64,000 bases of DNA from Malacoraja senta (Eukaryota), in NCBI GenBank assembly GCA_038087875.1, contig JAXLNO010000467.1, positions 62,001 through 126,000 on the forward strand, written 5' to 3'. A program made the translations under genes and the position numbers. Every line of letters begins with the position of its first letter. Position 1 is the stretch's first letter. Of this stretch, positions 49,686 to 63,500 are shown piece after piece. The notes beneath the pieces were generated by a model. The model did not search any database. It had not been told where the DNA came from and saw nothing but the letters and a program-made list of their open reading frames with translations.

Positions 49686-50592
49686 TCAGGGCGCGGATTT
49701 ATTCATGAGCAGAAGCACTGAGGTGAGCGGATATTTCACCGCGCTCTTCACGTGCTCCCTGAACTTGGACTGGGTCACCGCGTAAATAAATGTGTTGGTG
49801 CAGCAGCTGAGATTACTCAGCAAATACCCGACGTGGTTAAAGATATATTGAGAATCATTCAGATCATTTCCAATTCCTGTGATCTGATAATAGACGAAGT
49901 TTACAACCACCGTCAGCCACAGGAGGATGAAGGCTGCCGGAGATGGTGAAGAGTAAAACCATAGACCTCCTCCTGCTCTCCATCTCCGGGTCACTGCGGT
50001 TCTCCCCCTTGCTCTCACCCCTCAGCCCCTTACGGACCCGACTGGCCACTAAAATGTGCCGGACTGTCAGAGCGTTGAGCAGCAGGATTATAGCGAAAGG
50101 AGGAACGGAGTTAAAACCGTGTCGATCCAGTCAAATGCCACCCACCCGGGGTCAGTGTAAATAATGTCCACCGGGTTACAGCCCCACGGACATTGTCGAT
50201 GATATATCTGGGTTCCCGTGTGAAGTAGCGGGGAATGTTTTTCACACAGAACAGAACGCCGGCTGTTGCCAGAACCACAGCCGCAGTTTTCCCCCTGCAA
50301 TATTTAGTTTCAGCTTCTGGCAACAAATGGCGACAAAGCGATCAAAGGTGGAAAGTGACGGTGAACCAGACAGAACAGTCTGTAGCTGCAAACATCAGTA
50401 CATTGATAACACTACACACGGGGGTGATGGACAGGAAACTCCAATAAAAGTAATGAGATCGGATCCAATACAAAATGACCTCGGTGATGGCGACCAGTAG
50501 ATCGGCCGCTGCCATGGCCACCAGGTAGCGAGTGGTGCAGGTGGAGAGGCCACACTTTCCCCGAGACAGGATCATAATCGCCACTAAATTCA
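49686..50592 (-). pseudogene. GPR139/GPR142-like class A GPCR, exon 2, with five 1-bp indels
   Basis: After acceptor TTTCGCAG| the joined frames read VNLVAIMILSRGKCGLSTCTTRYLVAMAAADLLV...CSVWFTVTF/TFDRFVAICCQKLK/TKYC...KNIPRYF.../LLNALTVRHILVASRVRKGL...DPEMESRRRSMVLLFTISGS/FILLW...LSCCTNTFIYAVTQSKFRE. Confidence 0.88.
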
Positions 50593-52967
50593 CTGCGAAA
50601 GACAAGGGAACGGACACTGGGCATTTACTCAACACGGTCTCCGGGGCTGAACACCGGCCTCGACTTTCAGCTCAAGATCAGGAGTGTTGGAGTCGGTGCG
50701 CGGCTGCTGCAGGTTTAACAATGTCAGAGCCGGCTCCGACTGTGCCCGACCTGCCTGCCTGCTTCAGGGGAGAAGAGATAAGGTGACGGGCGGGTGGGGT
50801 AAAGGGCGGGAGGGAACGAGCAGCCACCCACCCGCTACAATAGGCGTAATGGTCCTTTCTATAGTGAACCCTGCTGCTGCTCACAGTCTGTGATGGGGCC
50901 GCTTTCACAGACTTAACCGTGAGCGGCCGGCCGCGTTTAACCAGGGCTCTGGGAACTCGGCATCTGATGGGGACGAGGAGGGAGGCTTCCAGAGGGAAGG
51001 CAGGGACAACATGGAATCCGGCAGCAGCAGCAGCAGAGTGGCTCCGTTAATGGATTCATTCCACAGTGAGTTCAGTAGATACACAGGTGCAGGAGGAGGC
51101 CATTTGGCCCATCGAGCCAGCATCGCCATTCAATGTGATGATGGCTGATCATCCCCAATCAGTACCCCGTTCCTGCCTTCTCCCCATACCCCCTGACTCC
51201 GCTATTTTTAAGAGCTCTATCTAATTCTCTTTTGAAAGCATACAGAGAACCTGCCTCCACCGCCCTCTGAGACAGAGAGTTCCACAGACTCACCACTCAT
51301 CACTCTCAAGCTTCCACTGAGGTTATCCCAATGGCTTCTTGATGCAAACTACTTCATCTATTGCATTATCCCCAAACTCTACCCTTCCAGAACCAGGTTA
51401 GCATTTCAGCCCCAGATAAGGGAAATTATTCAGAAGGACTACACAAGAGTAGACAAAAGTGCTGGAGAAACTCAGCGGGTGAGGCAGCATCTATGGAACG
51501 AAGGAAACAGGTAACGTTTCGGCCGAAACCCTTCTTCAGACTGGAAATAGTTACCTATTTCCTTCGCTCCATAGATGCTGCCTAACCCGCTGAGTTTCTC
51601 CAGCGTTGTCTACCTTCGATTTTCCAGCATCTGCAGTTCCTTCTTAAACACTTTACACAAGAGTGCAGCTCGTAGGAGCAGAATTAGGCCATTCGGCCCA
51701 TCATGTCTACTCCGCCATTCAATCATGACCGATATATCATTCCCTCTCAACCCCATTCTCTTGCCTTCTCCCCGTAACCCCCCGACACCCGCACTAATCA
51801 AGAATCTATCACTCTCCGCCTTAAAACTATCCATTGGCTTCCACCCCCGACTGCCGCAATGGATTCCACAGATTCACCACCCTCTGTCTAAAGAAATTCC
51901 TCCTCATCTCCTTTCTAAAGGTAAAGGTAAAGCTGGGGGAGAACGCACTACAATGGCCGCCATATCCAATATCCCTGATATTCCTATTTCTCTCCCTCCC
52001 CACACAAGGTGCCCTTCACACTTCCCTCCTGAAGCAGAGGCCAATTGTTGCAAATGAGAGTCCACCCCTTCTGGTCCTGACGGTCGACGCAAAAAGCGGA
52101 GTAACTCAGCGGGAAAGGCAGCATCTCTGGAGAGAAGGAATGGGACTGAAGAAGGGTCTTGATCCGAAACGTCACCCATTCCTTCTCTCCAGAGATGCTG
52201 CCCGTCCCGCTGAGTTACTCCAGCACTTTGTGTCTATCTTCGATTTAAACCAGCATCTGCAGTTCTTTCCCACACACGAAATCCAGACGGTGCCAGGAAT
52301 GCAAACCTATTATCCCCATGTATGGATGGTGTGGGATATTTGTACCAAAGCACAGAGACAGGGGGGGGGGGAGTTAGTCGGGTTAGTTTAGACATACAGT
52401 GGCTAATCTCAGCAGACTCAAGATGGTGCAGGTGAAGTAACAACACACACACACACACGCCGGTAGATCCGCGGCCACTGGTTCAGGAGATCGATCCAAT
52501 TATTGACCAACAGGCTGTGGGTGGAATCCGGCTGTGACAGACAGACTCCACAGTGGGACACAGTGTCCACAGGAGCGGGTGTTCACTCTGATCAATAACT
52601 GAGACACAGTGAACTTCACAATGTGAACCCCTCTCCCAATCACACCGTCCCGGAGAGCTGCCTGCCTGCCTGCCTGTCCCGAGCACTGGGACAACTCTGG
52701 GCAAGGTACCACTGAAGGCAAGAACAACATTCTAGTGGCTCCCGGCCGGCAGCAGTGAGAGAAAAAGAGGCTTGGTTTCAGCTATCTGAAAATAACACAA
52801 ATCACAGCAGCATTAATTCACAAATATTTCACTGAGAGGATTGATATTCTTCACATATTCTTGTACAACGATCATCAGTTGGGAACTTGTAACATGATGA
52901 GATTCAGATCAACACCAGTTAGCACACGGATGGAGTTATAAAAACTTGAATTGTTCTGCTCACTTAC

Positions 52968-53043
52968 CAGGGACTCCAACAGCAGCAATGATCACGTACA
53001 GGATTTTCTGCACGGCGTAATATTCATAAACCTTTTCCCACAT
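52968..53043 (-). CDS. GPR139-like GPCR exon 1 (76 bp)
   Basis: MWEKVYEYYAVQKILYVIIAAVGVP, then G|GTAAGT. The phase-1 join to 50592 restores TM1 GVPVN. Confidence 0.85.
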
Positions 53044-53974
53044 TGTCTCTGCCCAGCGACGTGTCCCCGTAAGTTACCGGTAATGTCTCGGAACGAAATG
53101 CTGGGGCAGAACATTCCTGGAGATTTTATACCATTTTCCGTCTCCACCGGGACAGTGAAGTTTCAACAGAGTTTAAAAATAGAGATTTAGAAATGATTCA
53201 CAAACAGATGACATCAGCCCAGTGAAATCCCTGCTGAGACAGGTTGTGATTTAATGAGGGAATTGATTGAGAAACTCCAAAGACTGGGAATTGTGGCGAT
53301 AGATACTGAGGGATGGAAATTGGGAGCGGCGGCATTGTTCCAGCAAAGGGGATATTGTTTCAAACTCCATCAGATCCAACTCTCCACCTCATGTTGTTTG
53401 TCTGATTTCCTTCAATCCGTTTCACTCAGCAAGGCAATGCCAAATTCCAGGGACCCTCTCAGGGCTTCTGGTGCCCAGTTTGAAGGTGGACTGGACTGGG
53501 CGACCTTTGTCCACGGGTTGAGGAATTAGTTCAACACATCACCTCGGACTAAAATGCCCCCATCCCTCCACTCTGCTTCACCACTCAATATGATCGCGGC
53601 TTCACTGACTGTGACCTCAACCCCACACTCCCGCTGACTGACCCCGGGAACCATTCACTCCCTGCTTGCCTGGAATAGATCTGACTATACCATGGGACAA
53701 TAACATTCTCTGCCTTCCTTCATCACCTCTGTGGAGGAACGACCCAAAGACTCACGACACTCAGAGAACAGAAACATTGCCGCCGCAGAATTGTCCTAAA
53801 CCTAAGTAAAACAGCGAATGATGCAGCACCTCTCCCTCCCCTCTTTCTCTCTCCCTCCATCCTTACTGATGTCACTCTCTCTGAACTGTTACTCTCTCTC
53901 CTACGCTCTCTATTCCCCCTCTCTGGGCTGCCCTCTCTCCGTCCACTGATGGAGTGACACACGGTGGGATAGTA

Positions 53975-54510
53975 CTGATGGAGGGATAAAGATGGGGCAG
54001 AACTGATGCAGTGACACACTGTGGTGGTACTGATGGAGGGACACACTGTGGATGGTACTGATGCAGTGACACACTGTAGTGGTACTGATGGAGGGACACA
54101 CTGTGGTGGTACTGATGGAGGGACACACTGTGGTGGTACTGATGGAGGGACACACTGTGGTGGTACTGATGGAGGGACACACTGTGGTGGTACTGATGGA
54201 GGGACACACTGTGGATGGTACTGATGGAGGGACACACTGTGGTGGTACTGATGGAGGGACACACTGGTGGTGGTACTGATGGAGGGACACACTGTGGTGG
54301 TACTGATGGAGGGACACACTGTGGTGGTACTGATGGAGGGACACACTGGTGGTGGTACAGATGGAGGGACACACTGTGGTGGTACTGATGGAGGGACACA
54401 CTGTGGTGGTACTGATGGAGGGACACACTGTGGTGGTATTGATGGAGTGACACACTGTGGTGGTACTGATGGAGGGACACACTGTGGTGGTACTGGTGGA
54501 GGGACACACG
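53975..54510. repeat. 27-bp minisatellite, ~19-20 copies
   Basis: Unit GTGGTACTGATGGAGGGACACACTGTG. Confidence 0.96.
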
Positions 54511-55353
54511 GGGGGGAGAGAGAGAGAGAGAGAGAGATTATGAGAATGCATTATTGGCCCCACAAAGCTGGTCAAATTGCAGCAAGTATTCCCTCATGGC
54601 TCTGTGATGCATTAAAGGCTTAAAAGCACCTTGCCAGCCAGCCGGCCAGCACAGCCAGCACAGGGAAAAGGCCAAAAAATGGATTTTGCTGCGTGCCTGG
54701 CTCAGAATCTATTTTAGGCCCCACAAGGCTGGCTGGAAAAATTGCAGAAAGTATTCCCTCATTCGGCCCATCTGTGCTAGCCCAGGAGGTGACCCTTCTG
54801 CCAATCAGGCATGTTCTCTGTACCCACTGTTCTGTCCCCCCCCACACTGTTCTCTGTCCCCACACTAGCCCTCCCCAGCCACCAACCTCAGTGTGTGATG
54901 ATCATAATAGTCAAAGGTGACTGTACTCAAAACTCAGATTACACCCCACCAAAAATAGTTGCTTAAGTGTCCCTTTGGCCAATCAGGCCCTGTACTAGCC
55001 CAGGATGTGCCCCTAAGGCTCATCAGGCCTTTACTAGCCCTCAGGCCTCAATGTGTGATGATCATAATAATAATGTCAAGTGTTTGATTTGATGAATGTA
55101 TTTTTATTTCATTGCAAGACCCACCCACTTTAATACAACTTGGCTCCAGTTTCAGAGCAAAATTCTTTGTTTTCCACAGCAGCATCAGCAGCAGCAGGTG
55201 CCTGGTCCTATATCCTCCTTTATTGTTCACATCTGTAGAAAAGAAAAGAGGAAAAAAGTCAACATTTGTCTCACTCTTGTATTTCCCCCGGTATGTACTC
55301 GCTCACCTCACCGCAGTGTTTCCCACAAAACAGTGGGAAAAACAGCAAAAATG

Positions 55354-55823
<470 letters not shown>

Positions 55824-55828
<5 letters not shown>

Positions 55829-56430
55829 GAGTCTAGAAGTTGGGAGGTCACGTTGCAGTTGTACGAGACGTTGGTGAGGTTGCGTTTAGAGTATTGCGTT
55901 CAGTTCTGAGCACCGTGTTACAGGAAAGATGTCATTGAGTTTGGAAAGGGCGCGGAGAAGATTTACAAGGATGTTGCCGGGACTCGAGGGGCCTGAGCTA
56001 CAGGGAGAGGTTGGGGCAGGGCTGGGACTCTATTCCTTGGAGCGCAGGAGGATGAGGGGTGATCATATAGATGTGTACAAAATCACCAGAGGAATAGATC
56101 GGGTAGACACACAGAGTCTCTTGCCCAGAGTAGGGGAATCGAGGATCAGAGGACACGGGTTTAAGGTGAGAGAGGCGGTGGTGGGGAAATTTGAATAGGA
56201 ACCTGAGGGGCAACTTTTCCACACAGAGGGTGGTGGGTGTATGGAACGAGCTGCCGGAGGAGGCAGCTGAGGCTGGGACTATAACAACACTTGGGCAGGT
56301 ACATGGATAGGACAGGTTTGGAGGGATATGGGCCAAACGCGGGCAGCATGTGGGACTAGTGTAGATGGGGCATGTAGGCCAGTGTGTCAAGTTGGGCCAA
56401 AGGGCCTGTTTCCACGCTGTATCACTCTGT
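55824..56430 (+). mobile_element. CR1 3' fragment
   Basis: IESRSWEVTLQLYETLVRLRLEYCVQF..LGLYSLERRRMRGD. Confidence 0.88.
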
Positions 56431-56780
56431 CTCTCTGTTTCTCTCTCGCTGTCCCTCTTTCTCTCTGCCTCTCTCTCTCTGTCTCTCTGTCTCTCTCTGT
56501 CTGCTAGAGGGGATTTGGGCGAACGTAGTCCCGATTCACACAATACCAACTGCGGGCTGGCAGGGGGGGAATGGGCCGAAGGGCCTGTTTTGGCCGGTCT
56601 GGGCTCCCCACATCCACGCCGTTGTCACGCAAGGTCGGCTTCGTGAGTTTGGGGTGGGGTTTGGGGAAATGGTTTGGAAATAAGACAGAAATCGGCCTGA
56701 ATGGCTATATTAAGTGTGAATATATTGTGAATTATAAAATGCGGGGATCGGCCTGCAAGCGCCTGTGCTTGTTCCCCCTG

Positions 56781-57237
56781 CTGCATTAAAGGGCATGCAT
56801 GCATCACTGGTTGCATTAAAGGGAATGCATGCATCACTGGCTGCATTAAAGGGAATGCATGCATCACTGGCTGCATTAAATGGAATGCATGCATCACTTG
56901 CTGCATTAAAGGGAATGCATGCGTCACTGGCTGCAATAAAGGGAATGCATGCATCACTGGCTGCATTAAAGGGAATGCATGCATCACTGGCTGCATTAAA
57001 GGGAATGCATGCATCATTGGCTGCATTAAAGGCAATGCATGCATCATTGGCTGCATGAAAGGGAATGCATGCATCACTGGCTGCATTAAAGGCAATGCAT
57101 GCATCACTGGCTGCATTAAAGGGAATGCATGCATCACTGGCTGCATAAAGGGAATGCATGCATCACTAGCTGCATTAAAGGGAATGCATGCATCACTGGC
57201 TGCATTAAAGGGAATGCATGCATCACTGGCTGCATTC
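56781..57237. repeat. 30-bp minisatellite, ~15 copies
   Basis: Unit CTGCATTAAAGGGAATGCATGCATCACTGG, containing the palindrome ATGCATGCAT. Confidence 0.96.
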
Positions 57238-57387
57238 CTGCCTCCCGCTGCATGGCAGCGCTTTTATCCTTACCTGCTCTTCACCAAAGATTATATAGCA
57301 GAGCAAGAAGCGCCACTCAGCGAAAAAAGGGTAGTATGCCATGGGTGGTTGTCGACGCCATTTTACTGGCGTGCCTCGACTACAGTC

Positions 57388-58987
57388 ATGGCATCTACAT
57401 CTAAATCTTCATCTCACTGCTCTGCTATCAATTGCTCTAATCGTCAATGTAAACGACCCGACCTGTCATTCTTTAGGTTCCCCGATAAAAAAGAAAGGTG
57501 AGAAAATATATTATATTTGACATCTGTCGATTTTATTCTGAACTGAAAATGTTATTTTCTGGTCTCCCATCATCGGTCATTGGGAAACTAGGTTTGTCGG
57601 TACATTAGAAAGTTATTAGAATTATTTTTAATAGATCTTTATTTACCAATAATAAAGTGAATAATTGTAACACTTCTGTACGTTTTTGGTTTTGTTCTTG
57701 TAAGGCAGGGGTCTCCAAAATATGGCCCGCATTATGGACACATTAGGCCCAGTGACCACGAGATTTTTCGAGCTCAGATTCGAGTCCGGGAACGCGGCGG
57801 CTGTTACCCGTTATGTCCCTCGAATTGTCGAGACACCACAAGCAAAGATCACAAGCCCGCCGTGAAGAAGGGTGCAATCAAAGATTATAAAACTCCACTC
57901 GCTCTACAATATTTGGGTGCAACGGTGGGGCGGGGGGTTCGGCGGCGGCGGCGGTGGTCGGAATCAAAGATACTAGAGGAGCTCTGCTCTATAATCTTTG
58001 GCCGGAATGGGACGGCTGCGCCTTATAACGTGCCATCGTTCCACTCTCCCTCTCCCCGTTCTCCCACTCCCCCTTCTCCCTCTCCCCTTCTCCCCTTCTC
58101 CCCCTTCTCCCTCTCCCCCTTCTCCCTCACCCCCTTCTCCCTCTCCCCTTCTCTCTCTTTCCCCTTCTCTCTCTTTCTCCTTCTCTCTCTCAGCGCTGGG
58201 ACACCAACACGGAGCGGGCGATGCCTTGCCGGGTCGCCGCTCCGGAGTGCTGTGACCGCCGACCACCAACATCGAGGGTCTGCGGTCTGCGGTCTGAGGG
58301 CGTCCCGCCGCGGGCGGGCGGCGCTGGATTGTAAACACCGCGGAGTCAGAATCGATCTCTCTCTCTCCCCCTTCTCTCGATCTCTCTCTCCCCTCTCTTC
58401 TCTCGATCTCCCTCCCTCTCTCCCTCTCCGTTCTTTCCCTCCCTCCCTTTCCTCTCTCCCTCCCTTCCCTCTGTGTGAGAGTTGGCAGCCCTGCTATGCC
58501 TTAGGTCCAAAAGAGGATAGAAATAAAATATTTAATGGTCTTTGTAAGAAGTGTTTAATATTCTCTTCTACATTTAAGATAAATTGACATATTAGAGGCA
58601 AAATGCATCTTCAATATACAGGTCTCTCCACACAACTGAAAACAATTGCACTTAAGTGATACATCATCCATTCTGCAGGCATGTAGTTAATCCTAAATGA
58701 TATGTTCTGTAATTTCAGATGTCAACAGTTGGTCCAGAATACTCGTCGACAAGATCTCCTGAACTGAACTCCGGAGTACTTGTCAGCCAACTGTTGTCTT
58801 TGTTCTTTACACTTTGACCTTGACCAGTTTTCCAACAAGCAGACCAAGAACAGGCTAAATTGGAATGCAGTTCCAACGCTCTTTGACATTCCTAACCCGC
58901 CAAAACGTCTGTCTTCCCAACGCAGGTTACTCAAGAGGAAGAATGAGAACCTCCCATCCTCACCAACGCCTTTAAAACAGCAAAGAG
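57388..58987 (+). pseudogene. Spliced THAP zinc-finger remnant (exons 57388-57497 and 58719-58987), probably the N-terminus of a transposase
   Basis: MASTSKSSSHCSAINCSNRQCKRPDLSFFRFPDKKE R|CQQLVQNTRRQDLLN*TPEYLSANCCLCSLHFDLDQF...LNWNAVPTLF, with C2CH, FP and the AVPTxF box. GT-AG intron in phase 2; TGA at 58765; next donor GCAAGT. Confidence 0.88.
57706..58493. mobile_element. hAT-type non-autonomous fragments within the THAP intron
   Basis: CAGGGGTCTCCAAAATATGGCCCGC at 57706 and GAGAGTTGGCAGCCCTG ending at 58493 both resemble hAT termini, but they do not pair with each other. Confidence 0.45.
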
Positions 58988-59461
58988 GCAAGTAATTTTC
59001 TCATTTTTTAAATAAAATATATTCTCTCACTTTGGCTAAATATTAAAAAGTTATATCCAAACTGATATAATTGCCAATGGTCAATATGTAATGGCATGTA
59101 TGGTACTTTTATTTTCATTTGTGAAATGTTCACAAAACTATAATCACACTTAAGACTACACAGTGTGGGCTGATGGAATGCGTACTAGTATTTAATTAAA
59201 GTAAGAACATCCATTTAAAGCTTCCTCAAGCATAATTCATACAACATTTAAATTGATTTAATGTTTTTTAAATCTTCAAAAAATCAAGATCATGATTTTC
59301 TTCTTGTCTCAACATGGACCTGTATAACTACAGAAGGACCTCTTTGCCACTATACTCAAATCCTCTCGGCAGGAAACATGTTCCCGATATTCGGGGAGTC
59401 CAGATCCAGTTTAAGAATAAGGGGTAGAACATTTAGAATGGAGATGAGGAAAAACTTTTTA

Positions 59462-60495
59462 GACAATACACAATAGGTGCAGGAGTAGGCCATTCGGCCC
59501 TTCGAGCGAGCACCGCCATTCAATGTGATCATGGCTGATCATCCCCAATCAGTACCCCGTTCCTGCCTTCTCCCTATATCCCGACCGCTATTTTTAAGAG
59601 CACTATCTAGCTCTCTCTTGAAAGCATCCAGAGAACCTGCCTCCACCACCCTCTGAGGCAGAGAATTCCACAGACTCACCACTCTGTGAGAAAAAATGTT
59701 TCCTCGTCTCCGTTCTAAATGGCTTACTCCTTATGCTTAAACTGTGGCCCCTGGTTCTGGACTCCCCCAACATCGGGAACATGTTTCCTGCCTCTAGCGT
59801 GTCCAAGCCCTTAACAATCTTATATGTTTCAATGAGATGCCCTCTCATCCTTCTAAACTCCAGAGTACAAGCCCAGTTGCTCCATTCTCTCAGCATATGA
59901 CAGTCCCGCCATCCCGGGAATTAACCTTGTAAACCTACGCTGCACTCACTCAATAGCAAGAATGTCCTTCCTCAAATTAGGGGACCAAAACTGCACACAA
60001 TACTCCAGGTGTGGTCTCACTAGGGCTCTGTACAACAGCAGAAGGACCTCTTTGCTCCTATATTCGATTCCTCTTGTTATAAAGGCCAACATGCCATTTG
60101 CTTTCTTCACTGCCTGCTGTACCTGCATACTTACTTTCATAGACTAATGTACAAGGACCCCCAGATCCCGTTGTACTTCCCCTTTTCCCAACTTGACGCC
60201 ATTTAGATAGTAATCTGCCTTCCTGTTTTTGCTACCATAGTGGATAACCTCACATTTATCCACATTAAACTTATCACACAGTGAATTGTGAATCTGGAAT
60301 TCTCTGCCTCAGAAGGCAGTGGCGGCCGAGTCTCTGGATGCTCTCAAGAGAGAGTTAGATAAAACTCTTAAAGATAGCGGACTCAAGGGATATGGGGAGA
60401 AGGCAGGAATGGGGTACTGATTGTGGATGATCAGCCATGATCACATTGAATGGCTCGAAGGGCCGAATGGCCTACTCCTGCACCTATTGTCTATC
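59462..60495. mobile_element. Two CR1 3' ends in opposite orientation (minus 59462-60270, plus 60271-60495)
   Basis: Minus-strand RT C-terminal ORFs, followed by a plus-strand 3' UTR with a CTATTGTCTAT tail. Confidence 0.8.
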
Positions 60496-60559
60496 CTCCG
60501 AGTTCGAAAGGGGAAAACTCGGGAGAACTCGTGAATTACCTCGTACAGTGGGACAGGGG

Positions 60560-63500
60560 CTTAATGTTACTTTTAATTCCTTCATCTAAATCATTAGATT
60601 CAATTTCTTTCAGTTCCTCCATCACCCTAGATCCTCTGTCCCCTAGTACTTCTGGAAGATTGTTTGTGTCTTCCTTAGTGAAGACAGAACCAAAGTACCT
60701 GTTCAACTCGTCTGCCAATTCCTTGTTCCCCATAATAAATTCACCTGTTTCTGCCTTCAAGGGACCCACATTTGTCTTAACTAATCTTTTCCTCTTCACA
60801 TACCTAAATAAATTTTACTATCCTCCTTTATATTCTTGGCTAGCTTACAATCATACTTCATCTTTTCTTCCTGCATTGTCTTTTAAATTACCTTCTGTTG
60901 TTCCTTAAAAGTATCCCAATCCTGTTGCTTCCTGTTCATCTTTGCTATGTTATACGTCTTCTCTTTTAGACTTCCCTTGTCAGCCACGGTCGCCTCTTAC
61001 TCCCCTTAGAATCTTTCTTCCTCTTTGGAATGAAAGGATCCTGCATCTTCTGGATTATTCCCAGAAATTCCTGCCATTGCTGTTGCACCGTCATCCCTGC
61101 TAGCATCCCTTTCCATTCAACTTTGGCCAGCTCCTCCCTCATGTCTCCATAGTCCCCTTTGTTCAACTGCAATAGTGACAGTTCTGATTTTATCTTCTCC
61201 CTCTCAAATTGCAGATTAAAACGTATCATATTATGGGTCACTACCTCCAAATGGTTCCTTTACCTTGAGTTCCATTATCAAATCCGGTTCATTCCATAAC
61301 ACTAAATCCAGAATTGCCTTCTCCTTGTCGGCTCCAGTACAAGCTGCTCTAAGAATCCATCACGGAGGCACTCTACAAACTCCCTTTCTTGGGGTCCAGT
61401 ACCAACCTGATTTTCCCAGTCCACCTGCATATTGAAATCTCCCATAACCACCGTAGCATTACTTTTGTTACATGCCAATTTTAACTCCTGATGCAACTTG
61501 CACCCTATAACCGGGCAAAGAGACAAGAGATTTAATAAAGTAGACCATACAGAAAAGTAAGTGCATGGTTTGTATCTAAACTGAACTTTATCAATTGCAA
61601 GACAAGGTTGACAACAGACAATAGGTGCAGGAGTAGTCCATTTGGCCATTCAAGCCAACACTGCCATTCAATGTGATCATGGCTGATCATCCACAATCAG
61701 TACCCCGTTCCTGCCTTCTTCCCATATCCCCTGACTCCGCTATCTATAAGAGCTCTATCTAGCTCTCTCTATAAAGTTTCCAGAGAACCTGCCTCCACCG
61801 CCCTCTGAGACAGAGAATTCCACTGACTCACAACTCTCCGTAAAAAAAAGTGTTTCCTCATCTCCGTTCGAAATGGCTTACCCCTTATTCTTAAACTGTG
61901 GCCCCAGGTTCTGGACTCCCCCAACATCGGAAACGTGTTTCCTGCCTCCAGCGTGTCCAAACCGTCAATAATCTTATATGTTTTAATAAGATCTCATAGA
62001 AATATAGAAAAATAGAAAATAGGTGCAGGAGGAGGCCATTCGGCCCTTCAAGCCAGCACCGCCATTCATTGTGATCATGGCTGATCGTCCCTTATCAATA
62101 ACCCGTGCCTGCCTCCTCCCCTAGCCCCTAGAGCTCTATGTAGCTCTCTCTTAAATGCATCGAGTGACGGCCTCCACTGCCCTCTGTGGCAGGGAATTCC
62201 ATAAATTCACAACTCTCTGGGTGAAAAGGTTTTTTCTCACCTCAGTCTTAAATGACCTCCCCTTTATTCTAAGATTGTGGCCCCTGGTTCTGGACTCGCC
62301 CAACATTGGGAACATTTTTCCTGCATCTAGCTTGTCCAGTCCTTTTATAATTTTATCTGTTTCTATAAGATCGCCCCTCATCGTTCTAAACTCCAGTGAA
62401 TACAAGCCTAGTCTTTACAATCTTTCCTCATATGACAGTCCCGCCATCCCAGGGATCAATCTCGTGAACCTACGCTGCACTGCTTCAATCACAAGGATGT
62501 CCTTCCACAAATTAGGAGACCAAAACTGTACACAATACTCCAGATGTGGTCACACCAGAGCCCCATACAACTTCAGAAGAACCTTTTTACTCCCATACTG
62601 AAATCTTCTTGTTATGAAGGCCAACATTTCATTAGCTTTCTTCACTGCCTGCTGTACCTGTAAGCCAACTTTCAGTGATCGGTGTACAAGGATGCCCAGG
62701 TCTCGCTGCACCCCCCCCCCTTACCTAACCTAACCCCATTGAGATAATAATCTTCCCCCTTGTTTTTGCCGCCAAAGTAGATAACCTCACATTTATCTAT
62801 ATTATACTGCATCTGCCACGCATCTGCCCACTCACTCAACCTGTCCAGGTCACCCTGCAACCTCCCAACATCCTCTTCACAGTTCACACTGCCACCCAGC
62901 TTTGTGTCATCCGCAAACTTACTAGTGTTGCTCCTAATTCCCTCTTCCAAATCATTAATATATATGGTAAACAGTTGCGGCCCCAACACCGAGCCTTGCG
63001 GCACTCCACTCGCCACTGCCTGCCATTCTGAAAAGGACATACTCTTTGCTTCCGGTCTGCCAACCAATTTTCTATCCATGTCAAAGCCCTACCCACAATA
63101 CCTTGTGCTCTAATTTTAGTCACCAGTCTCCCGTGCGGGACCTTATCAAAGGCTTTCTGAAAATCTAGATACACTACATCCACTGGCACCCCTTTATCCA
63201 TTTTACTTGTCACATCCTCAAAAAATTCCAGAAGATCAGTCAAGCATGATTTCCCTTTCATAAATCCATGTTGGACTAATCCTTTTACTGCTATCCAAAT
63301 GCCCCATTATTACCTCTTTAATAATTGACTCCAGCATCTTTCCCACCACCAAAGTCAGGCTAACTGCTCTGTAATTCCCCGTTTTCTCTCTCGCTCCTTT
63401 CTTGAAAAGTGGGATAACATTAGCTATCGTCCAATCCTGAATCTATTGAACATTGGAAAATGAGCACCAATGCGTCCACTATTTCTAGAGCCACCTCCCT

